A stretch of 64,000 nucleotides of DNA. Source: Basidiobolus meristosporus CBS 931.73 (Eukaryota; Fungi; Basidiobolomycota). Positions 36,872 through 47,710 of this stretch are shown piece by piece. The position numbers were made by a program, and so were the translations under genes. The stretch covers positions 1-64,000 of the forward strand of contig MCFE01000500.1 in NCBI GenBank assembly GCA_002104905.1, written 5' to 3'. Under the pieces are notes generated by a model. That model was not told the DNA's origin. It saw only the letters and a list, made by a program, of their open reading frames with translations, and did no database searches. Position 1 is the first letter of the stretch. Every line of letters starts with the position of its first letter.

Positions 36872-38829
36872 ATGGACAAGACTACTTTGACTCAACGCTG
36901 TAAGAGAAGAGAAAAAAGACCATGTGGCTATTGTGGCAAGCCTCTCAGCCATGAAGCATGCAGACAGCATAGGAAGTGTTACAAGGATCACAGACAGTGT
37001 TTTGCCACCCAAGTTATATCTGACCATTCATTGGCCACTACGGTACCAACATTATCTTGCCGGCCAGTTGATACTTTTATATTTGCGCCTGGCCATCTTT
37101 GTCACCTTGCCCAATTGAGTCAGGTGAGTTTGTGATGCCCTTAAGCTCACCTCAGCCTTCTGAATATGGCACAAAGAGTGATAGCTCTGACAAAGAAGGT
37201 TCACTGATGGATTTTGAGACTATCTCCCCTAACAACAGTACCACATATGAGCCTGGTCAAATCCCTATATGCAATAAGACAACTCCCATTGAAACAACTG
37301 ACAAGATACTTTATGGAGCCAAGTGAGCCCAGTAATCCATCTACTGGTGAAGGATGTAATGTTGTGGCTAGAGAAGTGGCACATTTCCACTAATATCAGT
37401 AATGGGGGCTTTGAGGATTTATTACTACTTCTTGCCAAAATCATACTGGGATGCAACTTACCATGTACATGGTACAAGTGGACAACCATTATGCGGCTGG
37501 CAATATATGATCCAGAGACTGTCCTGATTCCAGCATGTGTTAACAGTTGTGCAGCATTCACATCCAAAAATGTTACCATTGCAACGTGTCCAAACTGTCA
37601 GGAATCCACCACCATTGAGGGAAAACATTGTTCACACTCCAGATATATTCCAGTCATACCCCATCTGAGGAAGCTGATACAGTCCAATAAATATTGCAAA
37701 GCTATACAGTACCGTACTCAGTATCAATCAAGCGCAAACATATCCAATATATTTGATGGCAAACTTTACAAACAGCTAAGAAGCAAGGGCTACTTTGAAG
37801 GTATGTATGACCATGCCTTTGCTTTAGCACTTGATGGATTCTCATTAAACAAGTACTCTACCAGCAAATTCTGCTGGCCACTGACTCTCATCAATCTGAA
37901 TCTGCTGCCCATCTTACGGTACCAGAGCAATAATTTGATGGTAGTCTCACTGGTATCTGGGCCTAAATCACCATCCAACCTGGATAGCTACCTGTATCCA
38001 TTGCTGAATGAATTTTGTATGCTTTCCAGCAGGATAATGGTAAAAGGCCATCCTGCAAAAGCGCATATTATTATCTGCATTGGAGATACCCCAGCCATCA
38101 GCAAGATAGCAGGTTTTTCTGGGCACAATGGACAGTATTGCTGTCAAATGTGTGAGATCCAGGGGATTTACTCCATAACTCACACACATTATTATTACCC
38201 AAACACCAGCACTAAGAACATCATCTTTCCACAAAGAAAACATACAGAAGTAAGCATGCAATTGCAGCAAAGTTGGCAAGCTATAAGCCATTGGCCGGAA
38301 TATGGAATCAATCAGAAACCGGAGATACTTAAGATAGAGGGTATCTGTTGGGGCAAAAGCTTTCCACTGGGAGCAATGCATTTGCTTTTCAACAATATCC
38401 CTATACTGATGACCATGTTGTACATGGGGCATTTCAAGCTAAATGAGCCCTTCAAGATACCAGAGAAGCTTGAAACAATTGGCAAGATTTTACAGAGTAT
38501 CTGCTACCCTAAGTACTTCTCAAGGGCTCCAATTAATAATCATACTCATATGCAACAATACAAATGCAAAGACTGGATGAACCGGATATGTATTTATTCA
38601 AGTGGTGTTCTGAAGCCATTCCTACCAAGAGTACATTGGAAGCATTGGGAGTCATATGTGGACATTGTAGGAATATTTATCCGGAAGTGGCTCATCAGCC
38701 AACTTGACGCATCTACAGATGTTGTGTGAGGAGTTTGTGACGGGATTTGAGTGGCTATACTACAAACATAAAGCTGAACACATAGATCTCTGCCGCTACT
38801 GTATCCATTCTCTACTCCATCTTGCACGG
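36872..38829 (+). pseudogene. CACTA (Transposase_21/Tnp2-like) transposase, N-terminal zinc finger plus core; the C-terminal part continues at 43305-45003
   Basis: 468-aa open stretch 37323-38729 with PACVNSC...CPNC, LALDGF...CWPLTLINLNL, VSGPKSPSNLDSYLYPL, IGDTPAISKIAGFSGHNGQYCCQMC. Confidence 0.9.
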
Positions 38830-40672
38830 TGTGGTGGTGTATAAATCCAAAGGGCAAAATATGGCCAACACTTCTCAGTGTGAATGTGTGTGGGGTGTTC
38901 ACTGGGTGCAATAACCTCTGGCAAAAGCTTGCTAGGAATACCAGGTCTTTTGTCTAGTCTAATTTGAAGGGGGATAAAGCCTCAAGCTTGTCAAGGGAAA
39001 ACTATTGAACTACAATCCATAACTTAGCTGGCATCTTAACAAAAGTTTATAATGGCTTTGATGTCCTTTGAGACGACAATGTACTAAAGCTTCCAAAGTC
39101 AAAACAACTGTAAACTCCACCAACAGGGACTTGATAAGAATGCAGCTTAGACCAATAGTTACAAAGACAGAAGAGTATCTTTGCCTGTACAAGAACAAAT
39201 ATGGGAAAACAATCAAATATAATAAAATATACCTACTCTGAGTATTCCTCACAAGTAGTGCCTCCAAGTACAGTTGGCTGTCAGCGCGGTTTCCTGGGAG
39301 TATTGTTGGGTCTGAGTCAGAAAATAGTGGTAATAGGCAGTGGTGATCTCACTAATCAATAAGCCAGAATATTGGAAGAGGGATGACTTATCTTAAGGGA
39401 TAGCCTCCCTTATATACTTTTTTGCTGCTCAAGTTCTTGCTAGAAAATAGACTTGCTCCATTGTACCGTGCCAGGGTGTGCGGCGCAATCTGCGGTTGTA
39501 AAGAACAATCAGGCGCAATATTATAGCTACCAGAAGGAAGGATTGTTCTTGGACAATTTTGCACTATGCGGGACAATCTTGCACACTATGGCACAATCTG
39601 ACACGATGAGGTTGGCACGGATGATTGCGCCAACTTGTAATGTTTGCATCATGTGCGCAATTGGATACCGCTATTATGGCAGGTAAAATCTGGTATTTGG
39701 ATATGTTTCTTTAATGTAAATGGAAATAAATGTGTATCACACTATAAACTACACTGATACTTACCATTTTGGTTACCCTCACTCCAATTGGACAGTATCT
39801 CAGTGGTTAATTGGTCCAAAAGTATCCTGAAGCTGGCAGCCCCCAATTGGCTCATTGACTACTAAAGAAGCTACCTGTTTTGCCATCAAATATCCCATTT
39901 TGCCAATTGAACAAGTAAATACCTGATCCTAGTGATTGGACAAGGTGTCATAGCCAGCACGCAAGCAATTGTGTAGGTGCAAAACAGATCCAATAGCTGC
40001 ACTGGTATTACAGATGACATATATATATGCAGAGTGTTTATTTATAGGGGTTCTGTCTCAAATGTGAGACAACCTTGATATTACTTATATCAAAAATTTG
40101 ATGATCACTGATTTGAGATGGCTTGATTTGGATCGCAAAAGAAATGGGTTGTCAGGATCATTACAAATTTGAGCGATTCAAAGCAATCGCATTATCTTCT
40201 CCTGGGTTTTTTTCTCACAGGGATTACTACTGAAGCATTTGGTAATGACTCACTTTGCACACCTATACTACTTCTTGGCTGACTATCATCTTGGCTACTT
40301 GTGTATTTGTAGTCAGTATTTTGCCTCCTAGTTGATGAGTGCAATGCTACAGCTTGGCCGTGCTGAATCACTCAAACTGAACCAACTGAACCGGCCTGTA
40401 GTGCCACATGCTGACACGTTCTTTTACTTGCCAAGGGCTCCGGTGGCCGAGGCACTTCATGTTGGTCATCATCAGTGAGTTCACCAGAAGTAACTTGCTG
40501 ATGGTCAGGCAAAACAGCATGAGCAGGCATGCCTTGACACGTTGAGATGGCCCTTGGCTGAGTTCAATGTGATGCTGCAAGTTGACGCAACTTGGTCTGC
40601 TCCAATGGACTTTTGTCTAAAATAGCAGTTTGGCGAGTTCTTGTAGTTTTGCTCTGAAGCGCACATGTTGGG

Positions 40673-41431
40673 TCAACGCGCGTTAACTTGATGCGGGGTG
40701 TTCTGGTAAAGGGTGTTGGTGTACTCTGGACTGATGTGCACTGGTGCGCTGTGGTTGCAAGAGATAGTTGGGAAAGCGTGCTGGCACAATCTGGACAATG
40801 TTGCTTGCAGTCTGTATTCTTCCTCCTGAAGCTCACCATCTGATTCCTCAAGGTATTCACTTACCCTCTGTCTGATACTTTGGAGCTGTTGCCTGGATGA
40901 GTCCTGTGTATATTGCTCTTGGAAGCCACTTAGCTCTACTAATATATCACATAGTACATTAGTCATTTGAGGCAAAAACTCATTCAAAATCTCTTTGGTT
41001 CCCAAAGTTGAGGCACAAACGGATGCGTCCGGCCCGTACTGTGCAAAATGCGCACAAAATCGCTCCCGCGCGGCTTTTTTGTCAAATCCCCTCACTCTCA
41101 GCTCATTCTTGATTTCAATACTTGTCTTGTTATATATCTTTTTACATACATTGGCTGGCATCTTGATGTAGAACTCATGCCATAGCTTTCTACTCAAATT
41201 CTTCCATCTTTGTCGACTCTCTGAGGTATCTAGTTCTGCTAGATTAATTAGTAGTGCCCAAATATCTGTATGAAGGCTCATCATAGACACTTGGGCCATA
41301 CTAAAATCATTTGGCAAGAACTCAAACGGATCTGACATCAGCTTTTCCGGTCCGGACCATGCTTGTGAGCTGGGGGATGGGTTTTGTCTGGGTTGTACTA
41401 AAGATGAGTTGAGGCTTGGTATGGGCACCAT
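40673..41431 (-). CDS. PHIS ORF1, putative Myb/SANT-like DNA-binding partner protein (252 aa)
   Basis: Open ORF inside the TIRs. The W...SRQRWKNL segment recalls Myb/SANT helix 3, followed by an acidic coiled-coil region. The domain call is inferred. Confidence 0.55.
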   Translation of the reverse strand: MVPIPSLNSSLVQPRQNPSPSSQAWSGPEKLMSDPFEFLPNDFSMAQVSMMSLHTDIWALLINLAELDTSESRQRWKNLSRKLWHEFYIKMPANVCKKIYNKTSIEIKNELRVRGFDKKAARERFCAHFAQYGPDASVCASTLGTKEILNEFLPQMTNVLCDILVELSGFQEQYTQDSSRQQLQSIRQRVSEYLEESDGELQEEEYRLQATLSRLCQHAFPTISCNHSAPVHISPEYTNTLYQNTPHQVNAR

Positions 41432-41790
41432 AGCAACAGATTTGGATACTTATACAGCAGTATATTGGCATCAACCTGGTCCTATATGAAATATATATGA
41501 AAACTAATGTGATTGTTGAATTTTCCATATATTATACATGATGCATCTTGGATTGCGTTGACATAGATCAGATCACATCTATCGCAGATTTCCTATTTGA
41601 TTATAGACCTATGATTAAAGCATCAATAAAAGTACCAAGGCATTGCTTGCAGATGATTTTTACGACATAATGATGGGATACATGGCAATTGATGGAGATT
41701 TAACCATAATGTATTAAAAATCAGATAAATAATGCAAATCTTGCCAAATTGATTCAAACCGCCTTTATACAATCATCCACCAATTTTAAT

Positions 41791-42675
41791 ATGACTCACT
41801 CATCTGAATGGTCTTTTCTCATCAATCCCATCATTACCACTGGATTTCCTTTTGACACACTAGAGGAGATCTATTCCAAGTACTGTGGACCATCAACCCC
41901 AATCTACTCAAGGAGATCCCTTGTCAAGCTTCCCTGCTATTACAAGAACTATTGCCCTACAAGGTTTCATCCCACCATCCATGGCAACAAAAGTCCTAGA
42001 AGCTTTCATTCCCAGCTGACAGCAATGGAGAACCACATTGCAGAGGGTATAAATGACTTAGAGCAAGCTTGGAATACTAGGTTCAGAAGCTCCAATAGAC
42101 TTCCATATCCCAGAGTGTTCAGCAACAGGTTCCATATCAGGAGTATTTTGGATACCTTCCCAGTGAGGATTAACAGACCTTCTAGAGGGCAGAGGCACTT
42201 TTATTTTGGCAAGTACAAGGCACACTGTGTGAAGTTTCAAGCACTGACTGACATTGAGGGTAACATCATCTGGTTTAGTGGGCCATTTGCTGGAAGTAGG
42301 CATGACAAAGCACTCTGGGTAGAGAATCATTCTGAATTCAGTAGAGTGGTGAAATGTATGGCAGACTTGGCCTATATAGGAGAGGATTGTCAGAGATTAG
42401 GATATATTACAGCTTATAGGAAGCCAAGGAATGGTGTGCTTAGCAGGAAGCAGAAGCTCTACAATGAGATATTTAATCACTTCAGAGTGAGGGTAAAGCA
42501 CACATTTGGATATCTGAAGAGATTCAGCATATTGGCAGGTAAATACAGAGGAAAGTCATATATAGGAGAAAACAGCAGAATAGGTAAAATAGTTAACATA
42601 CTTATTAGTGCACAGTATGTTCATACAAGAAGACATCCACTGAGAGAAATGTGTCTGGAGCATTATGACAAGTAA
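41791..42675 (+). CDS. DDE_Tnp_4 (PIF/Harbinger/ISL2EU-like) transposase, 294 aa; the putative catalytic Glu appears as Lys
   Basis: ILDTFPVRINRP, GKYKAHCVKFQ, SGPFAGSRHD, MADLAY, YNEIFNHFRVRVKHTFGYLKRF (family consensus RVxVEH). Confidence 0.9.
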   Translation: MTHSSEWSFLINPIITTGFPFDTLEEIYSKYCGPSTPIYSRRSLVKLPCYYKNYCPTRFHPTIHGNKSPRSFHSQLTAMENHIAEGINDLEQAWNTRFRSSNRLPYPRVFSNRFHIRSILDTFPVRINRPSRGQRHFYFGKYKAHCVKFQALTDIEGNIIWFSGPFAGSRHDKALWVENHSEFSRVVKCMADLAYIGEDCQRLGYITAYRKPRNGVLSRKQKLYNEIFNHFRVRVKHTFGYLKRFSILAGKYRGKSYIGENSRIGKIVNILISAQYVHTRRHPLREMCLEHYDK

Positions 42676-43898
42676 ATAAAGCAAGGAAAGCACTATTCTG
42701 AGCAACATAAATAAGATTGAGTAAAATTACCAGTAACTGTATCATACCATTGGCATCATGGTAGAAATCATAGTGCCAGATCAATCCCGCACCAAAAACA
42801 GGCTGGCACTATGTGGTACTATCCAACGGAACAAGTCTAATACTTTCCGGAAGCTTCCAGAAGGTAGTAGACGGCCAATCATGTCATTGTGTACTTAAAA
42901 TAGCGCAAATTCTTAGCAGATTGTTCCATGAGACATAGTAGCACCTAGCCAATCAGGTAGTGGTAATATGAAACCCCTGTGTCATGTAGTTGCCTCTTAT
43001 GGTAGTAGGATAGGAGGGTTATGAGACCAAGATGGTCACATGACATGGGCACTGTTGAGGGTACTTGCCTTATATGGTAACTATCTTATCTTGGCATCTT
43101 GGCAAGGAATAGGAATAGCTTGTGCAATGGGTTAATAGTGACAAATTGTTTGTCAGGTTGCATAGTAATAATCACATAGACTGAATAGAAAATATTGTGA
43201 TTTTGGATGATACTAATATAGGGGGGGTAATCCTTTTTAGGGAAGTGAACGTATGGGAATGAGCACATCTGCCTGTGGGTGTCACTGTGACCCTACTACA
43301 ACGGTGTGTGGAGAATATTGGGCCTTGCTTCACCATTTGGGAGTTTCCTATGGAGCAGATGTGTGGGGAGTTAGGAAGACAAGTCAAGTTGCAGGTACTA
43401 CAATATCCCAATCTCATCAAGAATATTACCTTCAAGTCCGTCATGGATGTGATGAGTTGGCACATGGAGGACAGCCAGAAAGAGTTGTAAGATACTGAGG
43501 ACAAATGTGCACATGGAGACACCTATGCCTATGGCATTAAGAAGCTAAGCAGCCCCAATGCATGGGTAATCAGTTGAGTAATACAAAGTTGGGTTGGGTG
43601 CAACAAGCAGCTAATTTTTATAAGGAAAACTCCACCAAGATATGCCATATATCTTGTGGTCACAAGCCAACTTCTACACCATTTAATACGGAATTCACAG
43701 AAGCAAAAGCCAGAGTGCACCTATAAGGGGGACTACAATCCAGCAGGAAGAAGGAATATATTGGCTAAATACCAAGAAGTTCTTTGCCAATATTCAGGAG
43801 GTATTTGTGGTAGAAGTGGCAACAACCAAGCATATGTTTGCAAAATGTATATGCTACCAGCAGTACAAGGTATATGGCAACTTTGCAAGTATCATACT

Positions 43899-44629
43899 AG
43901 ACTTGTTCCATTGGATAGTGCCACATTGAGCCATGAGTGCCAAATGAAGCCATAGTGTGCCAGGGAGGCTAAGTGAGCCTATACTTGGCCACAGAGTGTG
44001 AAACACAGCCCTGCATCTTCATGCAAAGCAGCCTCTGTGTTTCACCCATTGTGCTGGAGAAAATCCATTTTTTGACCTTTTTTTTTGGATCAACATTGTT
44101 CAGGATGTGTGAGAGCACAGAAGGACTGAAGACATGTATCTGATACTCAATACCCATGGCACTCTGAATCTAGCTCCTGTAGCTTGTATCATGTCACAAA
44201 AATGAATGGCACTATCTTGGTCCACTGGTACTATCTGGCACTATAAGTGCTTATATAGGTTTTACTTTAGGGCTAATATTTAAATATAGTGCCAGATAGT
44301 ACCAGTGGACCAAGATAGTGCCATTCATTTTTGTGACATGATACAAGCTACAGGAGCTAGATTCAGAGTGCCATGGGTATTGAGTACCCAATGCATGTCT
44401 TATATCTTTTTGTGCTCTTACACATCCCGCACAACATTGATCCAAAAAAAGGTCAAAAAATGGATTTTCTCCAGCACAATGGGTGAAACACAGAGGCTGC
44501 TTTGCATGAAGATGCAGAGCTGTGTTTCACACTCTGTGGCCAAGTATAGGCTCACTTGGCCTCCCTGGCACACTATGGCATCATTTGGCACTCATGGCTC
44601 AATGTGGCACTATCCAACGGAACAAGTCT
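43899..44629. mobile_element. Fold-back element copy 5
   Basis: Same termini; TSD ACT/ACT inside the CACTA transposase 3' region. Confidence 0.92.
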
Positions 44630-45535
44630 ACTAAACAGCTGAAAAGTTGAGGTGATATAAGTATGTCAATTGCGGCAGTTATGTGCGTTTGTAGAGGTTA
44701 GTAAGCAGGAGGCCATATTTTTTTTTGATTCAGACTATATGTGGAATACCCAAGGTTGCAGTGGGTAAGCCAATAAAGAAAGGTGATTCTACAGTGGAAT
44801 ATATGAATTGCGCAAGGGGAGGTAGAAAAAGGAAATACCACTTGGTAAATTGGTATGGAAGCATTATACAGAATCAGCAGCAGGCCATCATACTGCCAAG
44901 AAAAAGCCATCAGAGTCTTGCTGTGAGGCCGTTAAAATACCGTCAAATTTCTTGCCATTTAAGGCAATTGGAAGTCCTGGCCAACTGGATCCACTTAAAA
45001 TAGTAATAGAGCGCTGAAAGACCAAAACAATACCATGCAAATATTGTCATGGCACCAATCAAAAATTGTCAACTTTTATCCCTTTATTTGGCTGTAAAAT
45101 TTGCAAAACACCGTCATGATCTTGTTATAAGATTGTCAGGAGGGTCACTAATTCCAAGCTGCTGTTATTATGATCATCTCTAAAGAGGTTCTTGACAGAT
45201 GATCAGGATTGAATCCACCCGCAGGACCAAATTATTTTTCATAGGGAGTTGATTCCAGCTTTCAAAGCAAGTTGCTCTGACATGTACTCATGCAATGCTC
45301 CTGAGTCAATCATGACCTTGGCAGGTACTCCATTGATTACTCCATTCATGTATAATAGCTTTGCTGAGTTTGAGGTCATCTGGGATAGGTATTCTTCTGT
45401 CAAATGGAAGGTGAGTTCTGAGTCTTCTTCAAGTTCATCCTCAATATAACTATGCTCCATGGCCTCATAGCCAGTAATCATCATCCTTACTGGATGAGTA
45501 ATACAGTTGAATATATGAAAGTTCCCATCAGCTGT

Positions 45536-46549
45536 TTAGACTGAAGCTGACTTGGTGGGTTCCATGTTGATTCCCGCTTTCAAAGCAAATTGCTCTGACA
45601 AGTACTCACTCAATGCTCCTGAGTCCATCATGATTTTGGCTGGTGCTCCATTGATTACTCCATTCAAATATAATAGCTTTCCTGAGTTTGAGGTCATCTG
45701 GGATAGGTATTTTTTTGTCATATGGAAGGTGAATTCTAAGTCTTCTTCAAGTTCATTCTCCAGTTTACTTTGCTCAAGGGCTTCAATATGGCTGAAGGTT
45801 CTTGACGGCTGGTGTCCATTTCTTCTCTGAGGGCAGTACTTTGCAATATGTCCCTGCTGGTGCAAACTGAAGCAAAGTCCTTTCTTCTTACATTCTTCTG
45901 AGGTAGGATTCTTCTGCATAGCGTCTATTTGCATTGGCATTGCTTCTGATTGTCTTCTTTCATAGTGATTGTAGCCCCTCTGATTAGTCATTGTGGGCTT
46001 CCCATCTCCAAACATAGCTGAGTCATAGTCTATGGCAATCTTGATGGTCTCTTCAATAGTCTGAGGTCTTTGATAATTCTCTTCCTTACAAGTTCTTTCT
46101 TTCAACCCATCAATAAGGTATTCAACTTGATCCAGAGGGTCCATTCTTTCAATTTGCCCAAGTAGACATCTATATTCATAGTTGTACTCTTGGGCCATTC
46201 CTTTCTGTCTGAGTGTCTTCAGCTTTCTTTGTAGTAGTGTCTGTTGGTGTGGGGGCTCAAAGGCTTCCTGAGTTTCCAACACAAACTCATCCCAGATAAA
46301 GATTGTAGAGTATCCCATCATGGTGGCTGACCTGATCTTGTTGTAGTACCACTGCAAAACTGTGTCAGCCAGGTCAGAGGCTGCATAATGTAACTTGCTT
46401 TCTGCAGCAATTCCCTTAGTCTTGGAAGCTTCTTCAATCTGGAAAAGCCAAGTTCCCAGGTTTTCACAGCCTGTACCATGGCACCGGTTGACCTTAACAC
46501 TAAAGTTGCTCTTGACAGGGTTTTGCTGGCTTTCAGCCATGGTAGTCAT
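45536..46549 (-). CDS. Gypsy gag-protease ORF of G2 (337 aa)
   Basis: Retrotrans_gag-like region, PMQID motif, degenerate Zn-knuckle (CFSLHQQGHIAKYC), protease KIMMDSGAL. Confidence 0.8.
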   Translation of the reverse strand: MTTMAESQQNPVKSNFSVKVNRCHGTGCENLGTWLFQIEEASKTKGIAAESKLHYAASDLADTVLQWYYNKIRSATMMGYSTIFIWDEFVLETQEAFEPPHQQTLLQRKLKTLRQKGMAQEYNYEYRCLLGQIERMDPLDQVEYLIDGLKERTCKEENYQRPQTIEETIKIAIDYDSAMFGDGKPTMTNQRGYNHYERRQSEAMPMQIDAMQKNPTSEECKKKGLCFSLHQQGHIAKYCPQRRNGHQPSRTFSHIEALEQSKLENELEEDLEFTFHMTKKYLSQMTSNSGKLLYLNGVINGAPAKIMMDSGALSEYLSEQFALKAGINMEPTKSASV

Positions 46550-47710
46550 TCCTTGTTGCTGCTGGCTAAGGATCTGAAGTAACAGTTGCTTCTAGGCTAG
46601 GATTTGTTGCATAGCATTCTTCCATTCTTGATTTTTGGACATCTTGAGGGAGGCTTCTTATTTCTTCAGGAGGGAGGTTTCTGTCTATTGCTGCCACCTA
46701 TGTTTCAAGTGTTGGTATAAGAGTTGTAGAGGAATAGGGAGTTTAGCTAGTATTGTATTAACTAAAACTTGAACTGCTCTTTATTTAGATTCTAGCAGCT
46801 CCTTATATACATTTTGCCTGATCAATTGCTGACTAATTGTATTTCCTAATGTAGGCTGTGGCTGATGATTCATTTGATTGCATCATCATCACCCAATAAG
46901 ATCCTACCAAATATATCTACTTCTGTCTGATAAGGATCTGCTGATTCATTTGCTGACTAATGCTACTTATTTGATAGATAATACTGTTATACTGTTAACC
47001 TAAACATAGAACTAATTGATTTGACTAAAAACTGATCTAACTTAAACATTCAAGTGGCAGATCATAACACTTGCAAGAATTGCCAACAAGACTGAACCAT
47101 TACAATATTGGTATCATAAGAAAAAAGACTCAGGAGAACCCGCTCAACTTTGGAAGAGGAAAATGTTGTGATCAACCACTTGGATTTTTAAGTTATATTG
47201 ATTTTTAGTCAAATTAAATAGTTACATGTTTAGCCTATTGGTGTATCAGTGTTATCTATCAAATCAGTAGCATAAGTCAGCAAATGAATCAGATGATCCT
47301 TGTCAGAGAGGAATAGATATATTAAGTATGTCTCATTGGGTGATGATGATGCAGTCAATGGAGTCGTCAGCCACAACCTACGTTAGAAAATATGATTAGT
47401 CAGCAATTGATCAGGCAAAATGTATATAAGGAGCTGCTAGAATCTCAATAAAGAACAGTTCAAGTTTTAGTGAATACAATGCTAGCTAAACCCCTATTAC
47501 TCTACAACTCTTATACCAAGACTTGTGACAGATGGACACCTTATTGCCTTTTGCCTCTTTGTTGCTCATTTGGGCTTAGTTCTCAAGTTACACAATAGAT
47601 ATGGGCATCTTAAAATTAAAGCAACCTATCATCATGTAAAAGCTGGTGCATGGTGACTCAGAATGAAACAAGATATTGAGAAGCTAATGACAACATGTTC
47701 AACTTGCCAA

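Larger units (their letters stand above)
39449..42838. mobile_element. Complete two-ORF PIF/Harbinger-like (PHIS) DNA transposon, 3390 bp
   Basis: TIR AGACTTGCTCCATTG / reverse AGACTTGTTCCGTTG, 3-bp TSD AAT, divergent ORF1 and DDE_Tnp_4-type transposase. Confidence 0.9.
38830..43300 (-). mobile_element. Solo LTR family F (~1.08 kb net), split by the PHIS element
   Basis: TGTGGTGG...CTACTACA termini, 4-bp TSD ACGG, and GTATATAAG on the minus strand near 39410. The transposase sequence resumes at 43305. Confidence 0.85.
34706..45246 (+). mobile_element. Full-length CACTA/CMC element (~5.3 kb net) with divergent ORF-A and transposase
   Basis: TIRs GCCTACAAAAAATT (left) and reverse CCCTATGAAAAAT (right). 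The transposase is continuous across the 38830-43300 and 43899-44629 insertions. TSD ambiguous (AAC with a 1-nt offset). Confidence 0.88.
33390..47069 (-). mobile_element. Gypsy element G2 (5' LTR 46701-47069, 3' LTR 33390-34495; gag-PR only, RT/RH/IN deleted), inserted in G1
   Basis: 4-bp TSD CTTG, PPT AGCAGGGGAGAA and open gag-PR ORF 45536-46549. The protease frame resumes at 34705 across the CACTA insertion. Confidence 0.88.
30864..47530 (+). mobile_element. Gypsy element G1 (LTRs 30864-31226 and 47164-47530; gag, duplicated protease, 115-bp CACTA end, integrase remnant)
   Basis: TG...CA LTRs, PBS TGGTAGCAG at ~31228, PPT GGAAGAGGAAAA, 4-bp TSD GATG, gag Zn-knuckle remnant and protease DSGA motif. 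Confidence 0.88.
29070..47710 (+). mobile_element. Gypsy pol relic G0 (RT 29070-29555, RNase H 30290-30700, integrase Zn-finger 47531-47710); outermost layer of the nest
   Basis: [55 protein letters not shown] and an HHCC remnant (GHL...TCSTCQ). The sequence is continuous across the G1 insertion. Confidence 0.8.
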
